Counted from the stretch's first letter, positions 30,425 through 39,822 are shown. The stretch: DNA of 64,000 nt from an uncultured Arcobacteraceae bacterium (GCA_964022095.1 CAXHZO010000008.1:18729-82728), one strand, 5' to 3'. Numbers and translations: made by a program. Notes: generated by a model from the letters alone, not told the origin.

Positions 30425-30754
30425 TTGGAAAATTTTATATTAATCATAATATTAGGAATTTTATTACTTTACTTTTTCTCTAGTGCAAATGTTTATAAAT
30501 CTTTATACAAAAAAGTAAATGAAGAAAAAAATATTGTAGAAGAAGAGATGCAAAGAGTTCAGACTCTTATTGATAGGTATGAAAAACAAGTAAAAGTTGG
30601 TGTTAATACATTAAAAACCAATCAAGATACCTTACAAGTTGCAAGGGATGACTTACAAGAATTAAGAGTAGAGAATATGAATCTTAAGCAAAGAATTGAA
30701 GTATTAGAAAAAAGAAATGAAGAGTTATACGCTCAAGTTAATGCAATAGTATAA
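30425..30754 (+). CDS. Small membrane-anchored coiled-coil protein
   Basis: N-terminal hydrophobic helix plus heptad coiled coil; TTG 30425 behind AGGA (ORF opens at 30404). Confidence 0.65.
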   Translation: MENFILIIILGILLLYFFSSANVYKSLYKKVNEEKNIVEEEMQRVQTLIDRYEKQVKVGVNTLKTNQDTLQVARDDLQELRVENMNLKQRIEVLEKRNEELYAQVNAIV

Positions 30755-30762
30755 GGTGTTAA

Positions 30763-32751
30763 ATGAAGTTGGTATATAAATTATTATTAATATTTTTTTG
30801 TAATATTTTATATGCAAATGATGTTATAGAATCTCAGCCAGAAATTCTATTTAAGTTTGACAAATTAAAGCAATCACAAGAAAACTTATCCCTTCAAGTT
30901 GACTTCAATAAAGCGGTTTTATTACTTAGTAAAAATCAATATGAAGAATCAATTGAACTGTTTAAAAAAACAGAAAGCATTATGTATGTTCCTTCTAATC
31001 TTAATATGGGAATTGCATACTATAAATTAGACTCAATCGATAATGCAATAATTTACTTATCAAAAATATACGAAAATGAAAACTTCGCCAAATCAAATAG
31101 TTTTTCATATATGTCAGCATGTTTTTATTTATATCAAATAACAAAAGATAATAAATACTTAAATAAAATTGTAGATATATCAAAAAAGTTCAGAGATCTT
31201 TCAGAACACTCAAAAAGAATGCTTGCAGATACATATATAATACTAAAAGATTATGAAAGTGCTTTAAAAATGTTAAATAGTATGGATTTTGCAATGACAT
31301 TAAAAAAAGCATTGATTCATATTAAATTAAAAGATTATGAAAAAGCTAGAATGCTACTTCAAAAAGCAAAAAATGAAACAGCTAATCCTAAAACTATAAA
31401 TGATATTTTATGGTTTGAGACATTTATAAATCTAAAATCTAATAAAATAAAATTACTAAAAGATAATATTGATGATATTAATAAAAGAAGAACTCTATTT
31501 AAAACAAATTTTGATCTTCCTTTGGAAATGTATTTTAATGAAAATAAATATACTTCAAAACAGTATTTAGATTTAGTATTAAATTTTAGTGAAAATAGAA
31601 AAATAGATTTTATTTATTATTTTGCTCCTTTTATATTCTCTGATACACAAGAGGTTATTTATGACACTGTAAAAGGTTTAATACATAAAGAAGAGTTGGG
31701 TATAGAGAATTTAGAACAAATGGTTCAGTACAATGCAAAGTTTCTAAATGTAGTAAAAGAAGATCCGATTTTAAGAGTGGTTGAGCTTAGAAAACATTTA
31801 CAACAAGATTCAAAATCTTATGTATACTATAACTATGCATTAGCAAGTGCTCATATTTTTGATTTTAATACAGCTTATAAATATTTTCAAAAAGCTTATA
31901 AGTTAAATCCAGGAAATAAATTATTTGCTTCAATGGTTCTAATTACAGCAAATAGAATTAATGCAAAAGTTCCAGATAAAGAGTATATCATAGCTAATTT
32001 GAACTCTAAAAATGGATTATACTCATATTTTGGGAAAGAGTTATATAGGCTTTTTATTAATCCCTCAACTGCTAATACAGAAGCTCCAAAAGATTATGCA
32101 TTTACTGTATTTTTCAAAGCTTTAAATTTTATGGAAAATATGAATAATGGAAGTGTAAATATCTCACATCCTTTATTAGATGAACATATAAAAGACCCTT
32201 TAACTTACCTAATTAGATTAGTTCAAAGAAGAGCAGGTGAAAATGATTTCAATTATTACTCTAGGCTTCAAGATAGCGTTCCTTTAAGTTTAAATAACAA
32301 CTTTTTAGAAGGTCCATTATTGATAACTCAATACTATATTGATGTTTTAAAGTCAATTGGATTATTTTTAAAAGCTGATATGAAAATTATTGGTAAGAAA
32401 ACACCATCATATTTAAGAACACAAGCTTTAACAAATTTGCATTTAAATAAGCCTGATGAGACAATTAAAACTATTGAATATCTGCAAAAAGAGTATAAAT
32501 TAGAAGATAAATATAATATGTATCTAATGGTTGCAGCACTTTTAAAAGCTGGTAGATATAATGATGCTTCAATTCAAATTTCACTAATTAAAGCTGTTTT
32601 AAAAGATCCAGGAGCAGATTTTTTAACTGCTGTTCAACTAATACAAGAATTAAAATTAGTAAGTGCTAAACAATATTTAAAAGAACCATATAATGATTCT
32701 TTAATAGATTTTAGACTTATTGGTTTTGATGAGTACTTAGAATCTCTATAA
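30763..32751 (+). CDS. pflB: Periplasmic TPR protein, PflB-like
   Basis: Signal peptide; YYFAPF, YNYALA..AYKYFQKAYKLNP and EGPLLITQYY segments match C. jejuni PflB as remembered. Confidence 0.65.
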   Translation: MKLVYKLLLIFFCNILYANDVIESQPEILFKFDKLKQSQENLSLQVDFNKAVLLLSKNQYEESIELFKKTESIMYVPSNLNMGIAYYKLDSIDNAIIYLSKIYENENFAKSNSFSYMSACFYLYQITKDNKYLNKIVDISKKFRDLSEHSKRMLADTYIILKDYESALKMLNSMDFAMTLKKALIHIKLKDYEKARMLLQKAKNETANPKTINDILWFETFINLKSNKIKLLKDNIDDINKRRTLFKTNFDLPLEMYFNENKYTSKQYLDLVLNFSENRKIDFIYYFAPFIFSDTQEVIYDTVKGLIHKEELGIENLEQMVQYNAKFLNVVKEDPILRVVELRKHLQQDSKSYVYYNYALASAHIFDFNTAYKYFQKAYKLNPGNKLFASMVLITANRINAKVPDKEYIIANLNSKNGLYSYFGKELYRLFINPSTANTEAPKDYAFTVFFKALNFMENMNNGSVNISHPLLDEHIKDPLTYLIRLVQRRAGENDFNYYSRLQDSVPLSLNNNFLEGPLLITQYYIDVLKSIGLFLKADMKIIGKKTPSYLRTQALTNLHLNKPDETIKTIEYLQKEYKLEDKYNMYLMVAALLKAGRYNDASIQISLIKAVLKDPGADFLTAVQLIQELKLVSAKQYLKEPYNDSLIDFRLIGFDEYLESL

Positions 32752-32786
32752 TTTATTCTAATTTCTGAAATAATTTAATTTTTTTC

Positions 32787-32795
32787 TGCTATAAT
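32787..32795 (+). promoter_or_regulatory. Internal extended -10 sigma70 promoter upstream of flaG-fliY-motAB
   Basis: TGcTATAAT with AT-rich upstream region. Confidence 0.65.
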
Positions 32796-32828
32796 AGACC
32801 ATAATTGTTACTTTTTAAGGAGGATATT

Positions 32829-33149
32829 ATGGAACTTGGTAGAATTGCAGAAATTGATAATGCGAAACAAAATAATATTGAAAAAGTTCAGAAAGTTAGT
32901 AATGTAGATGAAAAAGTTAAAGTTATTCAGGACGATGAATATAAAAAAGCACTGGCCCCTGAAGATAACACACCCCAAAATGAAGTAATCTTAGATAATG
33001 TAAAGTTTGGTTATAACAAAAACTCTAGAGACTTCTTTGTAAAAGTTACTAGAGGTGAAAGTGAAAATAAATACCCTACTGAAGATATGATGAAAATTAA
33101 AGCATTTTTATTAAAAGAGCTTGAATCTATACAAAATAATCAAAGTTAA
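32829..33149 (+). CDS. flaG: FlaG-like protein
   Basis: VKFGYN..FFVKV...YPTEDMMKI resembles the FlaG C-terminal pattern; ATG behind AAGGAGG. Confidence 0.6.
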   Translation: MELGRIAEIDNAKQNNIEKVQKVSNVDEKVKVIQDDEYKKALAPEDNTPQNEVILDNVKFGYNKNSRDFFVKVTRGESENKYPTEDMMKIKAFLLKELESIQNNQS

Positions 33150-33159
33150 GGTAGAGTAG

Positions 33160-34044
33160 TTGGCTTCAGATTTATCAAATATTTTTAAAAGTGAGTTGTC
33201 AAATACTTTAGAACAACTTTTATCAAAAAGTTCAGTTGTTGAAAGTGTAAATAAGTTAGATTTAGAAAGTTTAGATTCAACTCAATTAGTTGATTGTGTT
33301 GCTAAATTTGATTTTAAAGACATCTCTTCTACTTGGCATTTTTTCATACCAACTATAAGTGCAACAAAATTTGAGTACTTAATGCTTGGTGGTATGGGTG
33401 ACTTAAAAGAACATATTGATGATGAAATTACAGATGCTGTAAATGAAATTATCTCAAATATTTGTGGTAGTTTTTGTACAAGTGTAAATGCACAAGGTTT
33501 TTCAGACGTAAGTTCAATAAAAGCAGAAATACAAAGCTCAAGTATTGTAAATAGTGATGTTTTATCACAAGAAGAAAATTCATATGAATTTATATTAAGT
33601 TTAGAAGAGGATAAACTACCTGTTTTTGTCTCTTTTGATCAAATTATACTACCTTTCTTATCTTCAATTACAGGTGAAGAGAATGAAGAGGAAGTAGTTT
33701 CAAATTCAGTTGAAAATAGTAGCAGTGTTGTATCTTCTAGTCCTTCTGAATCTACTTCTTCTGCCTCATCTATTCAAACACCAAAGAATTTAGAACTTTT
33801 ATATAATGTAAAATTAAAATTAAGTGTTAGATTGGGTACAAAAGTTGTTTTATTAAAAGATATTCTAAATTGGGATATTGGAGAGATAATTGAACTAGAA
33901 CAAATGGTAAATGAACCTTTAGAAATTTTAGTTAATGGGATTAAAATTGGTGAAGGTGAAGCTGTAATTGTTGAAGGTAAATTTGGATTAAAAGTAAAAA
34001 AAATCGGTAACAGTGATTTAAAACTAAGTCAAATAGGAATGTAG
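33160..34044 (+). CDS. fliY: C-ring protein FliY (CheC-like plus SPOA domain)
   Basis: DAVNEIISNICG middle domain; C-terminal SPOA NLELLYNV..GEAVIVEGKFG. Confidence 0.8.
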   Translation: MASDLSNIFKSELSNTLEQLLSKSSVVESVNKLDLESLDSTQLVDCVAKFDFKDISSTWHFFIPTISATKFEYLMLGGMGDLKEHIDDEITDAVNEIISNICGSFCTSVNAQGFSDVSSIKAEIQSSSIVNSDVLSQEENSYEFILSLEEDKLPVFVSFDQIILPFLSSITGEENEEEVVSNSVENSSSVVSSSPSESTSSASSIQTPKNLELLYNVKLKLSVRLGTKVVLLKDILNWDIGEIIELEQMVNEPLEILVNGIKIGEGEAVIVEGKFGLKVKKIGNSDLKLSQIGM

Positions 34045-34047
34045 TTA

Positions 34048-34803
34048 ATGGATAAGAGTACTTTAGGTGGATTAGTCGGTGGTTGGGGGTTAGTAGCCCT
34101 AGCTATTATTCTTGGTGGAGTTGGTTTTGGACCATATATTGATGTTCCTTCTGTTGTAATTGTATTTGGTGGTACAATTGCCGTAACTGCAGGTCAATTT
34201 GAAGCATCTGATTTAAAAAGAATTACTCCTTCACTAAAAGTAGCTTTTAATGAAGTAAAAGTTGAACCTCTTCCTGAACTTGTTGAGAAGATAATATTCT
34301 ATGCAACTGAGATTAAAAAGCATGGTGTTATGCAAATTGAACAAAAAGTACTACAAGAAACAAATCCTTTTTTTAAAGAAGCATTCCAGTTATTAGTAGA
34401 TGGTACAAAACCTGAAGCACTTCAACCTTTATTAGAAGTTAAGCTAGAGCATATGAATAAAAGACATAATACAATGATAGGTATTTTTGGTAATATGGGT
34501 GGAACAGCAGGTGCTATGGGTATGATTGGTACTTTAGTTGGTCTTGTTGCGATGCTGGCAAACTTATCAGATCCAGCAGCAGTTGGGCCAGCAATGGCTG
34601 TTGCCTTACTTACAACTATGTATGGTGCTTTACTAGGTACTTTATTTGCAGGAATTGTAGAGAGTAAATTAGGTCAAAAACACGCAGTTGAAGAAACAGC
34701 TTGTGAAGTAATTATTCAAGGTGCAACAATGATTGCAGCAGAAGAGTCAATAGGAAATATTAAAATGCAACTAAATGCAATTTTAGTTGAAGTTGAAGAG
34801 TAG
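34048..34803 (+). CDS. motA: Stator A subunit (MotA/PomA family)
   Basis: Four TM segments, GMIGTLVGLVAML, GPAMAVALLTTMYG. Confidence 0.94.
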   Translation: MDKSTLGGLVGGWGLVALAIILGGVGFGPYIDVPSVVIVFGGTIAVTAGQFEASDLKRITPSLKVAFNEVKVEPLPELVEKIIFYATEIKKHGVMQIEQKVLQETNPFFKEAFQLLVDGTKPEALQPLLEVKLEHMNKRHNTMIGIFGNMGGTAGAMGMIGTLVGLVAMLANLSDPAAVGPAMAVALLTTMYGALLGTLFAGIVESKLGQKHAVEETACEVIIQGATMIAAEESIGNIKMQLNAILVEVEE

Positions 34804-34808
34804 AAACT

Positions 34809-35576
34809 ATGGCAAAAAAGTGTCCTGAATGTCCTAAATGTTTACCAGGTTGGTTAGTTCAATTTGGTGATTTAATGTCATTATTACTAACATTTTTTAT
34901 TTTATTATTATCTATGGCTGTAATGGATAAGAAAAAAGTTGAAGAGTATTTTGATGTTATGAAAAAAGCAATGGGTTTCATTGATGCAAGTACTGATGTT
35001 GAAACACAAAGTGATAAAAACTCTACGCAAGATAGTTCTTCTGAATCTGAAGATTCAGATAGTCAAACTGAAGTTGAACAAAGTGCAGACCAAATGCAAG
35101 AAATAGTTGATGAAATCAATAGTACTCAAACGATTGAGAGTCAAGAAGTTTCTATTGAAAAAGGTAAAAATGAGTTTGTATTAGACATCCCTTCAACTAT
35201 CATGTTTAATGCAGGTGAATATAACTTATCAAGTCCTCAATCAAAGAGATTTATTGCAAAAATAGCTAGAGTTATTAGAACAATGCCCCAAACTTTTAAT
35301 ATAGAAATAATAGGACATACTGATACAAACAGAGTCAAAAATACTTCTATTCCAAGAGATGATTGGGATATTTCAGCTTTAAGATCAATCTCTGTTGTAA
35401 AAGAGCTAATAAAAAATAGAATTGATCCCGCGATTTTAAAAGTATCAGCATATGGCTCTCATCATCCCAAAAGTGATGTTGCAAGTGATAATAGAAGAGT
35501 AGAAATGAGATTCTTTGGACAAGAGGATCAAAGAGATATTTTAAATGAAGAGAATTTCTTCGATAGGCTGGAATAA
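34809..35576 (+). CDS. motB: Stator B subunit (MotB/PomB family)
   Basis: WLVQFGDLMSLLLTFFILL TM with conserved Asp; OmpA-like GHTD..NRRVE. Confidence 0.94.
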   Translation: MAKKCPECPKCLPGWLVQFGDLMSLLLTFFILLLSMAVMDKKKVEEYFDVMKKAMGFIDASTDVETQSDKNSTQDSSSESEDSDSQTEVEQSADQMQEIVDEINSTQTIESQEVSIEKGKNEFVLDIPSTIMFNAGEYNLSSPQSKRFIAKIARVIRTMPQTFNIEIIGHTDTNRVKNTSIPRDDWDISALRSISVVKELIKNRIDPAILKVSAYGSHHPKSDVASDNRRVEMRFFGQEDQRDILNEENFFDRLE

Positions 35577-35875
35577 TGGAAATAAATAGCAATAACTTAA
35601 TCAATAAAGACATTTTAAATACAAAAAAGTTCGATAATATTAATACAGAAAATTTAGATGATGAAAAATTGAAAAAAGTTTGTGATAGTTTTGAATCATA
35701 TTTTTTAAATCAAATTATGAATATATCATTAAAAGATACAAAAGTGGCAGGAGAGGGTGCTGGATCTGATATTATAAAAAGTATGTATACTCAATCAGTT
35801 GCAGATAGTTCTTCAGGAAGCTTAGGAATCAGTAATATGCTTTATGAATTTTTAAGTAAAGAGAATAAAAAATAG
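35576..35875 (+). CDS. flgJ: Single-domain FlgJ (rod-binding)
   Basis: LKKVCDSFESYFL, SLGISNMLY. Confidence 0.8.
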   Translation: MEINSNNLINKDILNTKKFDNINTENLDDEKLKKVCDSFESYFLNQIMNISLKDTKVAGEGAGSDIIKSMYTQSVADSSSGSLGISNMLYEFLSKENKK

Positions 35876-35884
35876 GAGTTTATC

Positions 35885-36262
35885 ATGATTGAAAAAATAG
35901 TTGATAACATGAATAGTTTAGTTAGTGATCTAAAAAAATCAATATCTGAAGATATAGAAGATATTAAGCAGGCTAAACATGAAGAGCTTCTAAAAAGAAA
36001 TGATGATAAACATATTCTAATTGATGAGATCTCTCAATTAAAAATTGAACTAAATAAAGAGCTAGTAAATCAAATGGAACAAGGCGTAGATGTTAATCAA
36101 TATCGCTCAAAAGTAGATGAGCTTGAAGTACAATTAAAAGAGTTATATACTTTAAATAAAAAATTAGCATCAATAGTTTTACCAGTTCAGCAAATGTATA
36201 AAGAATTAGTAGAAGAGATAAGTATAGCTAATGGAGGTAATGCATTTGATGTTAAGGCTTAG
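35885..36262 (+). CDS. FlgN-like export chaperone
   Basis: 125 aa helical protein in flagellar context. Confidence 0.45.
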   Translation: MIEKIVDNMNSLVSDLKKSISEDIEDIKQAKHEELLKRNDDKHILIDEISQLKIELNKELVNQMEQGVDVNQYRSKVDELEVQLKELYTLNKKLASIVLPVQQMYKELVEEISIANGGNAFDVKA

Positions 36263-36641
36263 TCTTTTATTTCTACTTTTATGTACTAATATTATGGCTG
36301 TTCCTGTTTTAGTATCAAAACAAGCCATAAAATACGAACAAAAAATTAGTTCTAATATGTTTAAAATTGTTAATGTATCAGCATTAAATAAAGCATGTAT
36401 TCCTTTAAAGTTATCTAAAATTCAAAATAATGAATATATTACTACTCACTATATAAATAAAGATACTATTATTTGTGAGAAAGATGTAAAAATATATAAA
36501 GATAATTCTGTAATATTCAATTTTGGTGGTTTTGAAATAGAAAAGCAGGGTAGAATTATTTATGAGAATGAAGATTTTATTCGAATAAAAAAAGATGATG
36601 GAAGTTTTGAAAAAATATATAAAGATGGAAGATTAAAATGA
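36249..36641 (+). CDS. Short FlgA-like (SAF domain) periplasmic protein
   Basis: Signal peptide, VLVSKQAI..I, then GGFEIEKQG..IRIK resembling the FlgA C terminus; ATG 36249. Confidence 0.5.
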   Translation: MLRLSLLFLLLCTNIMAVPVLVSKQAIKYEQKISSNMFKIVNVSALNKACIPLKLSKIQNNEYITTHYINKDTIICEKDVKIYKDNSVIFNFGGFEIEKQGRIIYENEDFIRIKKDDGSFEKIYKDGRLK

Positions 36642-37801
36642 ATATGCTCTCTTTTTTAGGGGAAACTCCTACAATTGCATTAAGACAAGCACAAGAAAAA
36701 TGTGGTGAAGATGCTATTGTTGTATCAACAAAAAAAATATCAAATGCTATTGATAATGGTAAGGATATGTATGAAGTAGTTGTTGCATTAGAGGATGAAA
36801 ATAAAAATTATAATCATACTAAATCTATTAATATAAGTTCTAAATCTCCTTCAAATAATAACTCAAATCCTCTTCCCACTCAAACAAATGTATATGATTT
36901 TAAAGAAGAGATATTAAAAATGCAAACTGCTTTAGAGCAAGTTCAAAAATCTCTTTGGAATCCTAAAAGTCAATTATATGACTTAAATATTCCCCCTGAG
37001 TTTATCTCTATGTATAATCTATTTGAACAAAATGAGTTTGACCCAGAAATGACATACACAATTATGAAAAAAACGATAAAGCAACTTCCTTTATCATTAA
37101 AGTCTAATCCTAAAAAAGTTAATGATTTTTTTAAATTGATTTTAAGAAGAGTAATCCCTATAAAACATGAATTACCCTTAAGAAAACACCAAAGAAAAAT
37201 TATTATGATGGTAGGGCCAACAGGAGTTGGAAAAACTACTACTATTTCAAAATTAGCTGCAAGATATGCTTATAAATTAGGGCAAAACTATAAAGTAGGT
37301 ATTGTTACATTAGACTCATTTAGAGTAGGAGCAATTGAACAATTACAAGCTTATACTAATATTATGAGACTACCTTTAGAAATAGTTAAAAAACCTGAAG
37401 AGTTATCAGAAGCACTACTAAGATTAAAAGATTGCAATTATATTTTTATTGATACTGCTGGTTCTTCTCAGCATGATATGGACAAAATAAGCTTAATAAA
37501 TGATTATCAAAAGAAAGTGGAAGAGCTTCCTATTGAAAAGATATTAGTAATGCCAGCAAATGTAAAACAAAGTGACCTTTTAGATATTTACAAAAACTAT
37601 TCAACTTTAGGTGTAGATTTTTTAACTTTCACTAAACTTGATGAGACTAAGAGTTTTGGTAATCTTATCTCTTTTGCTCATAAAACTAAAAAATCAATTA
37701 CATATTTTTCTGTTGGACAAAATGTGCCAGATGATTTAATTGTATCTGACTCTTCTTTTTTAATTGATTGTTTTATGAATAATAAATGTATTAGGAGATA
37801 A
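36638..37801 (+). CDS. flhF: SRP-type GTPase FlhF
   Basis: GPTGVGKTTT, DSFRVGA, DTAG, TKLDE, GQNVPDD. Confidence 0.96.
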   Translation: MNMLSFLGETPTIALRQAQEKCGEDAIVVSTKKISNAIDNGKDMYEVVVALEDENKNYNHTKSINISSKSPSNNNSNPLPTQTNVYDFKEEILKMQTALEQVQKSLWNPKSQLYDLNIPPEFISMYNLFEQNEFDPEMTYTIMKKTIKQLPLSLKSNPKKVNDFFKLILRRVIPIKHELPLRKHQRKIIMMVGPTGVGKTTTISKLAARYAYKLGQNYKVGIVTLDSFRVGAIEQLQAYTNIMRLPLEIVKKPEELSEALLRLKDCNYIFIDTAGSSQHDMDKISLINDYQKKVEELPIEKILVMPANVKQSDLLDIYKNYSTLGVDFLTFTKLDETKSFGNLISFAHKTKKSITYFSVGQNVPDDLIVSDSSFLIDCFMNNKCIRR

Positions 37802-37803
37802 TA

Positions 37804-38628
37804 TTGTTTGATACAATATCATCACAAGCAAGTAAGTTAATTAAACTTACAAATAAAATACGTTCTAATGAGACTCAATCCAAAACGAAACTTATAACAA
37901 TTACTTCGGGTAAAGGTGGTGTAGGAAAAACTACATTTACTGCTAATATTGCTTTTTTACTAGGGAAAAGAGGGTTTAAAGTAGCTGTTATTGATGCAGA
38001 TATAGGACTTGCTAATATGCAAGTTTTATTTGATATTAAACCTCAAGTAACCTTATTTGATTATATAAATGGACTTAAAACACTTGATGAAATTATATTA
38101 AATACTACATATAAAAATGTCTCTTTAATTGCAGGAAAAAGTGGCTATCAATATGCAAGTAATACAAATAGTTTTGTTTTTTCTCGGGTTGTAAAAGATG
38201 TTATTTCTTTAAATCAATTTGATATTTTGCTTATTGATACTGGTGCTGGATTGAATGATTATGTAAAAGAATTCTTATCAATTTCAGATAATATTTTAGC
38301 CCTTACAACAACGGATCCTAGTGCTTTAACTGATGTTTATTCTTTAATGAAAATGTTATGTCATGATAAAAATAAATTAATGTTATGTTTTAATCACACG
38401 AAAAATTATCAAATTGGTCAGACTATTGCTAATTCTTTAGTAAATTTGGCTAAAAAGAATAGACTAAACGAAGATTTTATGGTAGAATATATAGGTAATG
38501 TGTCTACATCTGCAAATATAACTACCACTGGTAGATTGAGAAAATTGTTTTCTAAAGAGTTTTTAGAAGATGAATCAACAAAACAATTGCAGGTAATAAT
38601 AGACTTAATTTTAAAAAATATTCATTAA
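37804..38628 (+). CDS. flhG: MinD-like ATPase FlhG
   Basis: SGKGGVGKT, DADIGLAN, DTGAG; follows flhF. Confidence 0.93.
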   Translation: MFDTISSQASKLIKLTNKIRSNETQSKTKLITITSGKGGVGKTTFTANIAFLLGKRGFKVAVIDADIGLANMQVLFDIKPQVTLFDYINGLKTLDEIILNTTYKNVSLIAGKSGYQYASNTNSFVFSRVVKDVISLNQFDILLIDTGAGLNDYVKEFLSISDNILALTTTDPSALTDVYSLMKMLCHDKNKLMLCFNHTKNYQIGQTIANSLVNLAKKNRLNEDFMVEYIGNVSTSANITTTGRLRKLFSKEFLEDESTKQLQVIIDLILKNIH

Positions 38629-38693
38629 GGTTTATTGTAAGTGACTAATCTATTAGTATCAAATACTTATAATTGTTCAGGGACTAAATACTC

Positions 38694-39026
38694 ATGGTAG
38701 TAGAAAGGTTTTCGCAATCAGTATTAAATAGTGGTATATTTAGAGTATATATTGCTACTGGTTTTTTTGCAACAATTATATTTTTTGTTCTAAATTCTGA
38801 ATTATTTACTACAACAGAAATGTTAATAGGAATTATAGGGGTTACAGTACTTTTAAAAGGACTGAGCAATTTAATGTTTTCACTTATAATCTCACTATTT
38901 AACTTAGAAAATAAAAAAGAAGAGTTTAACTTTAGATATAATGAAGAAAATATTAATACTTTACTTAATGAATTAAATGTAAATGATGCCATTGAAGCAG
39001 GCGAAAAATTAAAAAAAGCAGTGTAG
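38694..39026 (+). CDS. Small membrane protein of unknown function
   Basis: 110 aa, two hydrophobic helices, co-oriented between flhG and fliE. Confidence 0.65.
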   Translation: MVVERFSQSVLNSGIFRVYIATGFFATIIFFVLNSELFTTTEMLIGIIGVTVLLKGLSNLMFSLIISLFNLENKKEEFNFRYNEENINTLLNELNVNDAIEAGEKLKKAV

Positions 39027-39036
39027 GAGATAAGGT

Positions 39037-39342
39037 TTGAATTTATCTACAATTTCTGAAACATTAAATACTTTGAAATTAGATGAAGCTAAGGCTTTAG
39101 ATAATAAAAAAGTTAGTGATGATAAATCTTTTGATAAAATGTTAAAAGATGCAATTGGTGAAGTAAATGAACAACAAGTTCAAGGTTACAAAGCTATGGA
39201 AGGCATAGCAACAGGTAAAGTTACAAACTTACAAGAAGCTGTACAGCAAATAGAAGAAGCTGAACTCTCTTTAAAATTAGCATTAGAGACTAAAAACAAA
39301 GCTATTAATGCATATAAAGAGATTATGAAGATGCAAATATAG
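39037..39342 (+). CDS. fliE: Hook-basal body protein FliE
   Basis: AELSLKL..KNKAINAYKEIMKMQI. Confidence 0.94.
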   Translation: MNLSTISETLNTLKLDEAKALDNKKVSDDKSFDKMLKDAIGEVNEQQVQGYKAMEGIATGKVTNLQEAVQQIEEAELSLKLALETKNKAINAYKEIMKMQI

Positions 39343-39354
39343 TAAGGATTTAAT

Positions 39355-39816
39355 ATGGGTTTTTTTGATGGATATAATGTTTCAAGTTCTGGGATGAGTG
39401 CCCAAAGAACAAGAATCAACGTAGTAAGTGCTAATATTGCAAATGCTAAAACTACTCATACAAATGAAGGCGGTCCATATAAAAAGCAAGAAGTGGTTTT
39501 TGAAGATGTGCTATTAGCACAGGGTAAAAAAACTAATTCAAATGAAGTTGAAATGACAAATGACAAAAACTCAGGCTTAGCATTAAGAGGAGTTGGAGTT
39601 AAATCTATAATTGAATCTGATGCAAAACCTGTTATGAGATATGAACCAACTCATCCAGATGCAAATGAAGATGGTTATGTCGCATATCCAGATATTAATC
39701 CAGTTGTAGAAATGGTTGATCTAATTGAGGCTATGAGATCATATGAAGCAAATGTTGCTGCATTTAATACTCATAAAAATATTGATTCTAAAACATTAGA
39801 TATATTAAACGCGTAA
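39355..39816 (+). CDS. flgC: Rod protein FlgC
   Basis: SANIANA, GGPYKK, HPDANEDGYVAYPDIN, RSYEAN. Confidence 0.96.
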   Translation: MGFFDGYNVSSSGMSAQRTRINVVSANIANAKTTHTNEGGPYKKQEVVFEDVLLAQGKKTNSNEVEMTNDKNSGLALRGVGVKSIIESDAKPVMRYEPTHPDANEDGYVAYPDINPVVEMVDLIEAMRSYEANVAAFNTHKNIDSKTLDILNA

Positions 39817-39822
39817 AATATT

